Part shown: one piece after another, positions 52,858-62,511 of the stretch
How the letters are laid out: every line of letters starts with the position of its first letter
Numbering within the stretch: the first letter of the stretch is position 1
Virus record (IMG/VR): IMGVR_UViG_3300031576_000023
Coordinates: 1 to 64,000 of that record
Source of the DNA: a virus
Strand: one strand, 5' to 3'
DNA length: 64,000 bases
The notes under the pieces: model-generated
What the model saw: only the letters and a program-made list of their open reading frames with translations
Databases searched by the model: none
Told to the model about the DNA's origin: nothing
Position numbers and translations under genes: made by a program

Positions 52858-54375
52858 ATGGCTGAGCGCTGGCATCATCAAACGCGCGCCCTCACTGAAA
52901 CCGTCGCGGCCTTGGACGAGGGCGTCAAGCGCATCTGTGTGACTGCTCCTGCTGGTGCCGGGAAGAGCGCTATCGCCTGCGATCTTATGACGGAGATCGC
53001 GAAGCCGCGCGGCTGGAACGTAGCGGCCTACACGAATCGCAAGATGCTCCTGGAACAATGGTGCCGAGTGCTCGACGCGGCAAATATACCATTCGGCATT
53101 CGGGCAAGCGGACATCCTCCAGCATACCTGCGGCAAGTACAGCTTTGCATGGTCCAATCAGAAAGCGCAGCAGTCTACGAGTCCGAGAGGCGCGATTTGC
53201 ACGAGGCGCGGCTCGTCATTATCGACGAGGTGCATTTGAACAAGGCAGCCACTATGCAGCAGCTTGTCGCTGACCACGAGAAGCTTGGCGCGCAGACAGT
53301 TGGGTTTACCGCGACGCCCATGGACCTGGGGCCAATGGCGATCAGGCTGATTATCGGCGCCAAGACAAGCGAGTGCCGGGCGTGCGGCGCAATCGTACCA
53401 TGCACGACATACGCCCCAGACGAACCGAGCGCCAAAGGGTTGCACCGCGAGGCGACGGGGGAATACTCCGAGGCCGACGTGCGCAGACGGATCATGACCC
53501 CGACAATCTTCGGGCGGGTGCACGATCACCTGCTACGACTCAACCCGGACTTGCTGCCGACGTTGCTGTTCGCGCCTGGCGTAGCCGAGTCCATCTGGTT
53601 CTGCGAGCAGTTCGCAGCGAAGGGCCTGCGCGCGGCGCATTTAGGCGGCGAGGAAATCTGGATAGATGGCGAACGGCACGCGGGGACGCCGGAGCTGCGA
53701 GCACAGATCATCAAGGAGCACCGCGACGGGGAGATAGCCGTCCTGTCCAACCGATTCGTTCTTCGCGAGGGGCTCGACCTGCCATACGTCCGGCATGTCG
53801 TATTCGCGACGATTTTCGGGGGCCTTCAGAGTTTTTTGCAAGCCGGAGGCAGAGGGATGCGCGCATATCTTGGAAAAGCCCGCTGTTGCGTGCAGGACCA
53901 CGGTGGAAACTGGCACCGCCACGGGAGCCTTAATGCCGACCGGGACTGGCAGCTGGGCGACTCGAACTACGTGCTGTCGGAGATGCGCGATGATGCCCTG
54001 CGCGAGCATACGATTCCCGATCCAATCCGCTGCCCGAAATGCGGCCTGGTACGGGTGCGCGGGCCGGTATGTTTCGGGTGCGGCTACCGCCACGCCAGGG
54101 GCAGCCGTATGGTTGTTGAGCTGGATGGCCGGCTGCAAAAGGTTGAGGGCTATATCTTGCGCAAGAAGTCCCGGCAGAAGCGGCACGACACGGAGCACAT
54201 CTGGAAGCAGTGCTACTACCGGTGCCGCAAGGCGGAGAAGACGTTTCGTCAGGCGGAGGGTTTATTTGTGCATGAGAATGGATACTGGCCGCCCAGGACT
54301 CTGCCGCTGATGCCGCGCGACGCCTACGACTGGTTTCGAGAAATTCAGGCCGTACCCGCGGAGGCTTTGCTGTGA
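52858..54375 (+). CDS. SF2 DExH helicase with C-terminal Zn ribbon (YejH/RadD-like)
   Basis: APAGAGKS, IIDEVH, GFTATP, LREGLDLP, QAGGRGMR, QDHGGN..RHG, CPKC..CFGCG. Confidence 0.92.
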   Translation: MAERWHHQTRALTETVAALDEGVKRICVTAPAGAGKSAIACDLMTEIAKPRGWNVAAYTNRKMLLEQWCRVLDAANIPFGIRASGHPPAYLRQVQLCMVQSESAAVYESERRDLHEARLVIIDEVHLNKAATMQQLVADHEKLGAQTVGFTATPMDLGPMAIRLIIGAKTSECRACGAIVPCTTYAPDEPSAKGLHREATGEYSEADVRRRIMTPTIFGRVHDHLLRLNPDLLPTLLFAPGVAESIWFCEQFAAKGLRAAHLGGEEIWIDGERHAGTPELRAQIIKEHRDGEIAVLSNRFVLREGLDLPYVRHVVFATIFGGLQSFLQAGGRGMRAYLGKARCCVQDHGGNWHRHGSLNADRDWQLGDSNYVLSEMRDDALREHTIPDPIRCPKCGLVRVRGPVCFGCGYRHARGSRMVVELDGRLQKVEGYILRKKSRQKRHDTEHIWKQCYYRCRKAEKTFRQAEGLFVHENGYWPPRTLPLMPRDAYDWFREIQAVPAEALL

Positions 54376-55175
54376 ACGATATCAAGCCGCACCTGAGCCA
54401 CAGCCAGATGATGACCTTTCTGCGGTGCCCGGAGGCGTGGCGCCGCAGGTACGTCGAGGGCCACAAGGTCCCTCCCGGCATCGTCGCGTTCATTGGCTCC
54501 GGCGTGCACGCGGCCGACAGCATGAACTTCGTGCAGAAGATCGAATCGCATGTTGATCTTAAGCCGAGCGAGTTCCGCGACGCGGCCGTGGCGGAGCTCG
54601 ACGCGCGGATTGAGGACGAGGGCGTGTCTTTGCAGGAGGAAGACGGCAGCCTGGAGAGCGTCGTCGGCAAGGCGCGCGACCAGACGGCGGCCTTGGCGTT
54701 CCTGCACGCGACCCAGGTTGCGCCTGACTACCAACCGGCGCACGTCGAGCGCGAGTTTCGCATCGATCTTCCGAAGAACAGTTTCGATCTGGTGGGATTT
54801 ATCGACCTGGAGGACGACAAGGGCCGCGTGGTGGATTTCAAGACGACCGGCCGGCGAAAACAGCAGGCTGAGGCCGACCGTTCATTGCAGTTGTCCGTGT
54901 ACGCGGCGGCGCACGCGGTGCAGACTGGCAAGCTGCCTGGTTCCCTGGTCTTGGACGTGACGATGCGGACGGACAATCCGAGCCGGTACACGCTGGAGAC
55001 GCACCGCGACAAGGCTGACTTGCAGGTGCTGGCGAACACGGTCGCGGTGGTGTCGCGCGGCATCGAGAGCGGGGTGTTTCCGCCGGCGCCAGAGGGTAGT
55101 TGGTGGTGTTCTAAGAAATTCTGCGGCTACTGGAGTACGTGCGCGTTCGTGAACGCGAAGAAACTAAAGCCGTGA
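54372..55175 (+). CDS. PD-(D/E)XK RecB/Cas4-like nuclease
   Basis: HLSHSQ..CP, GSGVH, VEREF, GFIDL, VDFKT, QLSVY, WCSKKFCGYWSTC. Confidence 0.9.
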   Translation: MNDIKPHLSHSQMMTFLRCPEAWRRRYVEGHKVPPGIVAFIGSGVHAADSMNFVQKIESHVDLKPSEFRDAAVAELDARIEDEGVSLQEEDGSLESVVGKARDQTAALAFLHATQVAPDYQPAHVEREFRIDLPKNSFDLVGFIDLEDDKGRVVDFKTTGRRKQQAEADRSLQLSVYAAAHAVQTGKLPGSLVLDVTMRTDNPSRYTLETHRDKADLQVLANTVAVVSRGIESGVFPPAPEGSWWCSKKFCGYWSTCAFVNAKKLKP

Positions 55176-55377
55176 TATTTTGGGCCTGACTATGCCGAAG
55201 ATGGGCGTCAGAACCGCTGTTATTGCCAGCGTGGAGGCTGGGCAATTCGTGTGGTCGCTCGTGGGATGGCGCAAAGGGGCAAGTCGGCTGGCAAGTCCGG
55301 TCCACCGAGCTAAAGAGCTTGGCGCGCTGCTGCGTTACGCGATGGCCGGGCACGGCAGTACGAAACGGAGGACGCTA

Positions 55378-55875
55378 GTGAAGGTTGAAGAGCTGGTTGA
55401 ATCGTGGATCGAGGCCGTTGTCGGAATGTGCCTGGCGCATACGAAGGACGACTACGACGCGCACGACGCGAAGGCTGACGAGCTGCTCGGGCCGCTATTG
55501 GCGGCGCCGATTCGGCAGGTGCGAGAGTTCTACCATCGGCTGCTGGAGCGGATGAAGACCGACAAGCGAGTTCCCATGCTCGTGTGGATGGGGTTTGAGG
55601 CGTGGGGCGAGATCATGGTAAAGAATGCGCCGGACGAGGGCATCAAGCGGCTCAAGAACAAGCTTGCCGGCGAGATTGCTGACTTGGTCGAGGAGCCGTT
55701 GCGGGACCAAATTCCAGGCGCGGTAGCCCGTGCCTTGCGCTGGCGCGATCCAGAGACGCTAGAAGCGGTGAAGAAAGCTTTGGTGGCCGGAGTCAAACCG
55801 AAGCTTCGCGGTCGGCAGAGCTGCTTGTTCATGGAGATGGGGCGCGGCAAGCGGCAGGTCAGCGTGATGCTGTGA
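55378..55875 (+). CDS. Hypothetical protein
   Basis: GGAGG with GTG 55378, in frame with ORF 55180..55875. Confidence 0.6.
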   Translation: MKVEELVESWIEAVVGMCLAHTKDDYDAHDAKADELLGPLLAAPIRQVREFYHRLLERMKTDKRVPMLVWMGFEAWGEIMVKNAPDEGIKRLKNKLAGEIADLVEEPLRDQIPGAVARALRWRDPETLEAVKKALVAGVKPKLRGRQSCLFMEMGRGKRQVSVML

Positions 55876-55930
55876 GGCGTGAGGAAACTCAAGCCATAAC
55901 GTCGAGTGGGCACAGAAAGCGGGAGTACAA

Positions 55931-56383
55931 ATGACGGCCAGGACCAAAACTAAGATTACAAAGCGTGTGAGCCTGCCGAGCGTCCCACACAAGTTGCTGG
56001 ACGTGGCAATCCGCGACCTGAGGGCGGCAAGTCGGAAGAGTGGCGTGGTGGTTGATCCGGCTGTGTGGCTTCGGCAATGTGTTAAAGATTGCGTGTACTG
56101 CTTGGCCGGAGCGGTGATGCTGTGCACATTGCGCGGGCGAACTATGCAGGCTTGGCGGTCTAACAAAAATGTGTACCCATGCAACTTTTCTCTGCGAATA
56201 GCGAAAAAACTCCATGCGCTAAACTCTTTTTCCAGGGGGTATTGTAACGACGCATTCCGTTACCTGCGACTGAACGACGCGATCGGGCGTAACTTCAATC
56301 GTGACATGCCTGACATGCGAACGTCGAAATTCCTGCCGTCCCTGGAGAAACTGCGCGACGATTTGAAGGCTGAGGGGTACTAA
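55931..56383 (+). CDS. Hypothetical protein
   Basis: GGGAG RBS; C..CLAGAVM motif; slightly lower GC. Confidence 0.65.
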   Translation: MTARTKTKITKRVSLPSVPHKLLDVAIRDLRAASRKSGVVVDPAVWLRQCVKDCVYCLAGAVMLCTLRGRTMQAWRSNKNVYPCNFSLRIAKKLHALNSFSRGYCNDAFRYLRLNDAIGRNFNRDMPDMRTSKFLPSLEKLRDDLKAEGY

Positions 56384-56564
56384 GTTATTGGCCGCCATCG
56401 AACGGGCGGCAACCTGGAGCGATGGGCGTAACGAGCCTGCCATGATGCTTCGCTCCTCGGGCCGCGTGGGTGAAGCGCGGCTACTTTTGCCCAACAGACG
56501 TTCTGGAGTAGAGTAGAATAATCGGCGATCGGTGTAGCGAGCGCTGAAACAGAGTCCTGTGATG

Positions 56565-56614
56565 GGAGCCCGGCGCGGCTCGTAACTACACTGCGGCCCG
56601 CCGGGCTTCTTTTT
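56565..56614 (+). terminator. Intrinsic terminator / attenuator hairpin upstream of the gp3-like gene
   Basis: GGAGCCCGGCG...CGCCGGGCTTC followed by a T-run, immediately before AGGAG RBS. Confidence 0.55.
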
Positions 56615-56625
56615 AGGAGATACAA

Positions 56626-57618
56626 ATGGCATTGCTTGACTTGGTACGGCCTCGCGTTACAGAACTCGGCAAGATCAAAATTGGTGGGAAGGACGAGAAG
56701 GTTCGCCAGTCGAAGGGCGGCGGAACGTGGCGCGCCCCGAAGAAGCTGGATCACTTCCTGATTACTGGCATGGCGCGTACTGAGGCTGGCGACCTCGTGC
56801 AGGATATCGAGCTGATGGATCGGCTGGCGCAGAAACACGCTGACGCCGACGGAAAACTGCGGAAGTTGCCGATTATCTTGTGCTCTAACGACATTGAGGA
56901 CATCATGCAGGCCAGGTATGTTTGGTACGGCGGGAAGCGAGTAGCTGGTCGCAGTGACGGTAAGACTGTCGTGTGGTACGGTAATCCGAAGACGATGAAG
57001 TTCAGAAACGAAGGGCCTATCGAGGAGCCATGGAAGGACGAGTACCTTGACCTGGCTGGTCCGAACGGCTCAAAGCTTTTCAAATTGCACTCCGTATTCA
57101 ACTGCATGATCGCATCGGACGTGGCCAGGTGGGGAGGGCTATACAAATTCCGCACGACGAGCCGGATTACCGCGAGCCAGTTGCTTGGGAGCATGATGCA
57201 CATTCATCAGTTGACCGGCGGTGTCCTGCGAGGTCTGCCGATGCAGCTTGTGATCCGGCCGATGATGGTCGAGCCGGACGGCAAGCCGACCAAAGTTTTC
57301 GTCGTGCACTGTGAGCTGACTGGCGCCGACCTGCTGGCGATCCGCGGGTGCGCCCTGGAGCTGGCGAAGTCGGAAGCCGAGAACTCCCGGCAGCTTCGGA
57401 CCGCGCAGATAGAGTACCGCAGGTTGCTCTCCGCGCCGGGCGAGGACGAGACCTACGAGGAGTCCACGGACGTGGCCGAGGAATTTCATCCCGAGACGAT
57501 TGACCAGGAGGGAGTTGACCAGCCGGCGCCGGAGGAGGAGTCGCAGGTTGGCCTGGACGATTTCCTTGGCCAGGAAAACGGCTCGCCGGATCAGAAGGAA
57601 GCAGCCGCAGACGTATGA
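56626..57618 (+). CDS. Gp3-like (recombination directionality factor-like) DNA-binding/recombination protein
   Basis: LGKIKIG...PKKLDHF, G.YKFRTTS, GGVLRGLPMQLVIRP, acidic C-terminal tail. Confidence 0.7.
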   Translation: MALLDLVRPRVTELGKIKIGGKDEKVRQSKGGGTWRAPKKLDHFLITGMARTEAGDLVQDIELMDRLAQKHADADGKLRKLPIILCSNDIEDIMQARYVWYGGKRVAGRSDGKTVVWYGNPKTMKFRNEGPIEEPWKDEYLDLAGPNGSKLFKLHSVFNCMIASDVARWGGLYKFRTTSRITASQLLGSMMHIHQLTGGVLRGLPMQLVIRPMMVEPDGKPTKVFVVHCELTGADLLAIRGCALELAKSEAENSRQLRTAQIEYRRLLSAPGEDETYEESTDVAEEFHPETIDQEGVDQPAPEEESQVGLDDFLGQENGSPDQKEAAADV

Positions 57619-57851
57619 TGGACTTCTCGGAACCGTCCCAGCAGTATGTCGTGATGGAGTACCGCAGCGGCATCGTCGTCTATAGCGGCCCTTCGGAATT
57701 CCGCGCTGCCGTTGCCTTGGACCCAGGCACTCAGTACGCGAAGCACGGGCTGCTCGACACTGCGCGGGCACTGTGCGAGGCGGCGTGCGCGAGGGCGCGG
57801 GAGAGCCAGGGCTGTTACGGTGCTATTATCACGCGAAAGGTGGAAGTATGA
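57615..57851 (+). CDS. Hypothetical protein
   Basis: ATGA coupling on both sides. Confidence 0.55.
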   Translation: MMDFSEPSQQYVVMEYRSGIVVYSGPSEFRAAVALDPGTQYAKHGLLDTARALCEAACARARESQGCYGAIITRKVEV

Positions 57852-58150
57852 GCGAATCCCATAAGCAGCGCACGGCAGCCCTGCGGCATGCTGCCGTAGC
57901 CCTAGAAAGCCTAGCTGGCACGATCCTGGAATGGAAAGACGACCTGGAGATGCATGCAGATGACGACGACCGCGACGTGTTGACGGACGTGCAGGGCGTG
58001 ATGGACGCCTACACTTTTTGCCGTGAGGTCGAGGAAGCGTGGTGCGGTATTGCCGCGCCTTGCACGGACCTGTCTGGCGCCTGGGGTGAGGCGATGGCGG
58101 ACTTGCAGGCGATGTTGGACGACTTGCAATCTATGAGGATGCCGCAATGA
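57848..58150 (+). CDS. Acidic hypothetical protein
   Basis: ATG 57848 overlapping upstream stop. Confidence 0.55.
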   Translation: MSESHKQRTAALRHAAVALESLAGTILEWKDDLEMHADDDDRDVLTDVQGVMDAYTFCREVEEAWCGIAAPCTDLSGAWGEAMADLQAMLDDLQSMRMPQ

Positions 58151-58316
58151 AGCTCTACGACGACACTGAGAAGTGCGTGGGCAAAGTTCTTAAGACCCCG
58201 GACGGATATGCAGCGTATCAATTCCGCACGTTCTCTTTCCGACGCTGGTCTGTGTTTTTGGGTTATTTCTCCACGCTGAAATGCGCCCGTGAGCAAGTTC
58301 TGAGGGACATAGGAAC

Positions 58317-58817
58317 ATGCTGACATCCATAAAGAGCCAGGCGGTGCGGCGCAAGTTCGCGGGCGAGTTCTGGCATTGCTGGGCTTGTGGGATATGCATG
58401 TCCATGCGCACGCCGGACATAGACTACCCGCGCTGGCTGGAGACGCACCATATCGTGAAGCGCGGCCGGTCGGACTCGCGCGCCAATCTGTCTCGCCTCT
58501 GCAAATTGTGCCACGACGTGGTGGAGGGCTTGCAGGTGCGACTCGCAAACGGAGAGCGCATGCCGCCGCTGCCGTTGTCAGCCGTGCTCTGGCTGAAGTC
58601 GCGGTGGGACGCCGAGCACTACGACAGGCCGCTGCTGGCAGCCTTGGCTGGCAGGGCTGTTCCGCGCGCGACGCGCCCGAGTGAGTGGTACATGCGCCAG
58701 CTTCGGGACCGGGCGAAATCTGCTTCGACCGGTGGTTGGCGCAGCCGTGAAGTCTTGCTAGACTGCCCTGCGGCGGCAGGCCAATATCACGGAGCGAACA
58801 ATGAGTGCCACGGCTAG
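58317..58817 (+). CDS. HNH endonuclease-like protein
   Basis: CWACG...LETHHIVKRG....NLSRLCKLCH. Confidence 0.75.
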   Translation: MLTSIKSQAVRRKFAGEFWHCWACGICMSMRTPDIDYPRWLETHHIVKRGRSDSRANLSRLCKLCHDVVEGLQVRLANGERMPPLPLSAVLWLKSRWDAEHYDRPLLAALAGRAVPRATRPSEWYMRQLRDRAKSASTGGWRSREVLLDCPAAAGQYHGANNECHG

Positions 58818-59127
58818 CGCGTTTACGTCAATGGAGCAGGCCGCCGCGATCGGCGACCGCCTGCGGCTTATCAAGGGCCTGATCGACTTTCTGCGGTCGC
58901 TTGGCCTCGACAAGGGGGAGCTGCTCGCGATCGTGAAGGACGCCATCGGGCTGTTCACCGACTTCTCGATAGACAAGCTGCTGGCGTTCATTGAACGGCT
59001 GCTGGGGGCCATCGGCCAGCCAGGCACGTCCGCTGTCGGCGCGGTGGACGCAGCCGCGATCGACTGGCAGAAGATTCTTCAGTTCATTTTGATGCTGATC
59101 GAGATGCTCACGAAGTCCCCCGCGTGA
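58801..59127 (+). CDS. Amphipathic-helix small protein
   Basis: FSIDKLLAFIERLL and IDWQKILQFILMLIEML helices. Confidence 0.65.
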   Translation: MSATASAFTSMEQAAAIGDRLRLIKGLIDFLRSLGLDKGELLAIVKDAIGLFTDFSIDKLLAFIERLLGAIGQPGTSAVGAVDAAAIDWQKILQFILMLIEMLTKSPA

Positions 59128-59140
59128 CCGGAGCGCAGGC

Positions 59141-60187
59141 ATGCCGCTGCACAGGTTACCTCCATACATCGTGCACTCGATGATCGAGGCGGACGAGCTG
59201 GCCCAGGTGATCGACTGGGGGCTAGCGTTCGGCGGCGTCCCGGATGCCTGGAAGGTGACGCGCGGCGAGGGGATCGTCGTCGGCGTCGTTGACACCGGCT
59301 GCCAGAGCGACCACCCGGACCTTGCCGGCCAGCTCGCCATCCCGCCGGTCGATTTTACTGGCAGCGCAGTTGGCGGAGAAGACCTGAGCGGGCATGGAAC
59401 GCACGTCGCAGGAACCGTGGCTGGCAGCGACAACCAGACTGGCGTTGTGGGCGTCGCACCGGCCTGCAAGCTGGTGATCGCTAAGGGCCTGGGGGACGAC
59501 GGCAGCGGCCTCGGCGAGTGGATCGCGGCGGGGGTGGACCACTGCGTCGCCAACGGCGCGCACATCGTGAGCATGAGTCTCGGCAGTCCGGTGCCAGACC
59601 CCTTCATTCACGCGGCGATCAAGCGCGCCGTGGCGGCCGGCCGAATCGTGATTTGCGCGGCTGGAAATTCTGGCCCTAGCAATCCGACAGATATCGAGTA
59701 CCCAGGTAGGTTTGAGGAGGTCATCGCGATTGCAGCGAGCAACAAAGACGGCAAGATCAGCCGGTTCTCCTCGCGCGGGCCGAGCGTGGCGTTCGCGTTT
59801 CCGGGTGAGAACATCCTGAGTTGCTACCCGACGAACAGGTACGCCAGATTATCGGGTACGAGCATGGCCTGCCCTTTTGCGGCCGGCGCGATCGCCCTGC
59901 TGCTGGCGAAGCACAGGACGCACGGCGGGTCTACCCCGGTGACCACTCGGGAGCACGTGATCGAGCACTATCGCCGGTTCGCCAAGGACGTGGGGGAACC
60001 AGGGCGGGACTTCGAGAGCGGGTGGGGTATCGGCCTGGTCGGGGAAGTGATTGGCGAGCAGGAGCCTCAACCTATCCAGCCGGTACCAGGAGACGCAGCG
60101 AAGGAGTATACCTATCACATCGGGGGAGCGACTTTTGTCGTGCACGTGCCGTCTGTCCTGCTGGACAGGGCGTCAGTTACCTGGTAG
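59141..60187 (+). CDS. Subtilisin-family (S8) serine protease, intracellular-subtilisin-like N-terminus
   Basis: VGVVDTG (D), HGTHVAG (H), AAGNSG, LSGTSMACP (S); N-terminal RLPPY similar to the ISP LIPY motif; no signal peptide. Confidence 0.95.
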   Translation: MPLHRLPPYIVHSMIEADELAQVIDWGLAFGGVPDAWKVTRGEGIVVGVVDTGCQSDHPDLAGQLAIPPVDFTGSAVGGEDLSGHGTHVAGTVAGSDNQTGVVGVAPACKLVIAKGLGDDGSGLGEWIAAGVDHCVANGAHIVSMSLGSPVPDPFIHAAIKRAVAAGRIVICAAGNSGPSNPTDIEYPGRFEEVIAIAASNKDGKISRFSSRGPSVAFAFPGENILSCYPTNRYARLSGTSMACPFAAGAIALLLAKHRTHGGSTPVTTREHVIEHYRRFAKDVGEPGRDFESGWGIGLVGEVIGEQEPQPIQPVPGDAAKEYTYHIGGATFVVHVPSVLLDRASVTW

Positions 60188-60197
60188 GAGCGCTGGG

Positions 60198-61130
60198 ATG
60201 CTGGTCTTGCTGCTCGCGCTGTGTGCCGACCCGATGATGCCGATACCGTCTGACAACCCGCTGACGCCGGCCAAGGCGGCCCTGGGGCGCAAGCTGTTCT
60301 TCGACGGCCGGCTGTCGGCGGACGGGACGGTAAGCTGCGCCACCTGCCACCAGCCCGCTAGGGGATGGGCTGACGGCCTTCCCGTCTCAAAGGGCTCCCA
60401 GGGGCGCCAGGGAACGCGCAACGCCCCCACGATCGCCAACGCGGCCTGGGAGCGCCTGATGTTCCGGGACGGCAGGGCGGCCCTCCTGGAGGGCCAGGCG
60501 CTGCTCCCGCTGACGAGCGCGTCCGAGATGGGCAATCGGAGTCTGGGCCAGGTAGTCTCCAGGCTGAACGCGACCGGCTACCGCGAGGAGTTCCGGGAGG
60601 CGTTCGGGACCGAGGTCACTGCCGACGGGATCGCCAAGGCGATAGCCTCCTTCGAGCGGACGGTGGTTGCCAGGGACGCCCCGGTAGACGAGTTTCTGGC
60701 CGGGCGGACCTGGGCGCTGACGAGGGCGCAGAAGCACGGCATGCGGGTATTTGAGCGGTCTGGTTGTCGGTCATGCCACGCCGGGCCGGATTTTCGGGAC
60801 GGGCAGTTTCACAACACGGGGACTTCGGTCGGCGAGCGGGACCAGGGCAGGTTTACGATCACCGGCAACCGTACCGACTTCGACGCCTTCAAGACTCCGA
60901 CTTTGCGGGAGGTTGGCAGGACGGCGCCGTACTTTCACTCCGGGCGCGCGGCGACGCTGCGGGACGTCGTGGAGCACTACGACGCGGGAGGCGTAGCAAC
61001 AACAGGGCTTGATCCGAGGGTAAGGCCGCTCGGGCTTCCAGAAAATGACAAGCAGGCGCTGGTAGAGTTTCTGACCGGTGCGTTCCTGTCTGGATCACTG
61101 GTCATAGAGAAGCCGGAGCTACCGCAATGA
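60198..61130 (+). CDS. Di-heme cytochrome c peroxidase / MauG-family protein
   Basis: Short hydrophobic leader, DNPLTPAKAALGRKLFFD.RLS, CATCH, RNAPT, EMG, CRSCH, FKTPTLR, PYFHSG, VVEHY. Confidence 0.92.
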   Translation: MLVLLLALCADPMMPIPSDNPLTPAKAALGRKLFFDGRLSADGTVSCATCHQPARGWADGLPVSKGSQGRQGTRNAPTIANAAWERLMFRDGRAALLEGQALLPLTSASEMGNRSLGQVVSRLNATGYREEFREAFGTEVTADGIAKAIASFERTVVARDAPVDEFLAGRTWALTRAQKHGMRVFERSGCRSCHAGPDFRDGQFHNTGTSVGERDQGRFTITGNRTDFDAFKTPTLREVGRTAPYFHSGRAATLRDVVEHYDAGGVATTGLDPRVRPLGLPENDKQALVEFLTGAFLSGSLVIEKPELPQ

Positions 61131-61777
61131 ATGTGATTCTTCTGCTGGTGCTGTCTGCCGCGCCGGTCGCAAAAATTGAAGGCCCGGAGTCTGCAAGGAT
61201 CGGCGACCTGGTTGTGGTGGCGTCAGCCGGGGAGGCGCACTCGTACAAGTGGGCCGTGCTCCCGAAAGGCACGCAGGGCTGGCGCGAAATAGACGGCGGG
61301 CGCCGGCTGGTGTTCAGCAGCCACGAGCCGCGGACTTACACGTTCGTGCTAGCGATCGGATCGTCCGACGGCGCGGTAGACGTGAGCACGCACGAGGTAG
61401 TGCTTGGCGAGGCGCACCTGCCGCTGGTTTCCAGAGCCAAGTCGAGCACGGTACAGGCCATGACACCCCGCCCGCCTTCGTGGACCAGACTCGTGCAGGG
61501 CGCCGGCACGGAGGAGGCTGGCAAGCTGGCCGGTGCTTTTCGGATGGCGGCGAGCATGATCGACACGGAGCACGTCGGGGACGCCGCCGAGTTGTTCGCG
61601 GCGACCGGTGAGCTGTCGCGCGGCGCTGTCGGGGACAGGATCGAGGCGTGGCAGCCTTGGCTGGACGCAGTGGATGAGTGGGTGGAAGGGTTGGAAGAAT
61701 CCGGCGACCTCGATACAATTGCCGAGTATGCTGAACGCTGGCGCGAGCTGGCAAAAACCCTGGGAGCGAAACGATGA
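61127..61777 (+). CDS. Secreted protein with an Ig/PKD-like N-terminal domain
   Basis: MNVILLLVLSAAP leader; AKIEGPES..GDLVVV, SYKW, YTFVL. Confidence 0.65.
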   Translation: MNVILLLVLSAAPVAKIEGPESARIGDLVVVASAGEAHSYKWAVLPKGTQGWREIDGGRRLVFSSHEPRTYTFVLAIGSSDGAVDVSTHEVVLGEAHLPLVSRAKSSTVQAMTPRPPSWTRLVQGAGTEEAGKLAGAFRMAASMIDTEHVGDAAELFAATGELSRGAVGDRIEAWQPWLDAVDEWVEGLEESGDLDTIAEYAERWRELAKTLGAKR

Positions 61778-61986
61778 ACGCGCTGATTCTCGCGGTTGGG
61801 TTGCTGTCTGGCGGGCAGGTAAGCACGTCTGCCGCCGTTGCGGCACCCTCGACGGCTGAGGTGATCCGGTCGAGCCAGGTTGGCCAGCGCAGGTACGATA
61901 ACTGGCTGAGCGGGCGTAGCCGCGGGTACTATAGCGCGCGGCGCGTCGGGCCGCTGCGGAGACTGCTGTTCGGACGATTGAACTGA
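61774..61986 (+). CDS. Small secreted peptide
   Basis: Signal-like MNALILAVGLL; ends GPLRRLLFGR. Confidence 0.55.
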   Translation: MNALILAVGLLSGGQVSTSAAVAAPSTAEVIRSSQVGQRRYDNWLSGRSRGYYSARRVGPLRRLLFGRLN

Positions 61987-61997
61987 AATACAAACAC

Positions 61998-62426
61998 ATG
62001 AAGGAGAGCGATCCCATGATGCGAATCATTTTGTTCTTGACTGCCAGCGCGTTCTGCTCTGAGGTCATGGCCGGCAACCGATTTCAGGCTGCTGCATCAA
62101 GCGTTTCCGGCGCCGCGTCTGCAAGCGCCGCGGCGGCACCAGCCGTGGTCATCCACGACGCCAGCGCAGCCGTGGCGGCGGTGCAGCAGGCTGAGGCGCA
62201 GCTAGCCGGCGCGCGTGCTCAACTCGCGGCCGTCCAGTTTGCCGCTGTGCAACAGGCCGCTTCGACGAGTGCGTCGGCCGCTGCGTCGGCGCCCCAGGTA
62301 GCGGTAGCACCGCTGGCCGTGAGAGCGTGCCCAGCTTGCGCCGCGAGCCGTCCCGGTTTGCTTGCGCGGCTTTTCGGCCGACGGACGGTCAGTCGCAGTC
62401 GCGCGGTAGTTGTGCAGTTCCCTTGA
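61998..62426 (+). CDS. Ala-rich secreted peptide
   Basis: Signal-like MRIILFLTASAF (start possibly 62016); ends GLLARLFGRRTVSRSR. Confidence 0.55.
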   Translation: MKESDPMMRIILFLTASAFCSEVMAGNRFQAAASSVSGAASASAAAAPAVVIHDASAAVAAVQQAEAQLAGARAQLAAVQFAAVQQAASTSASAAASAPQVAVAPLAVRACPACAASRPGLLARLFGRRTVSRSRAVVVQFP

Positions 62427-62511
62427 AAGTGTGCGACGCTTCCCGGCGTCCGTGTGCCCTGCGCCGGCAGAATAGGTCGGCGCAGGGCGTTTATTTGCGC
62501 TTGAGGTGTCT

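Noticed and set aside
54372-55175. Cas4-like nuclease as evidence of a CRISPR system
   Set aside because: No repeat-spacer array or other cas genes seen; solo Cas4/RecB-like nucleases are common in phage recombination modules.
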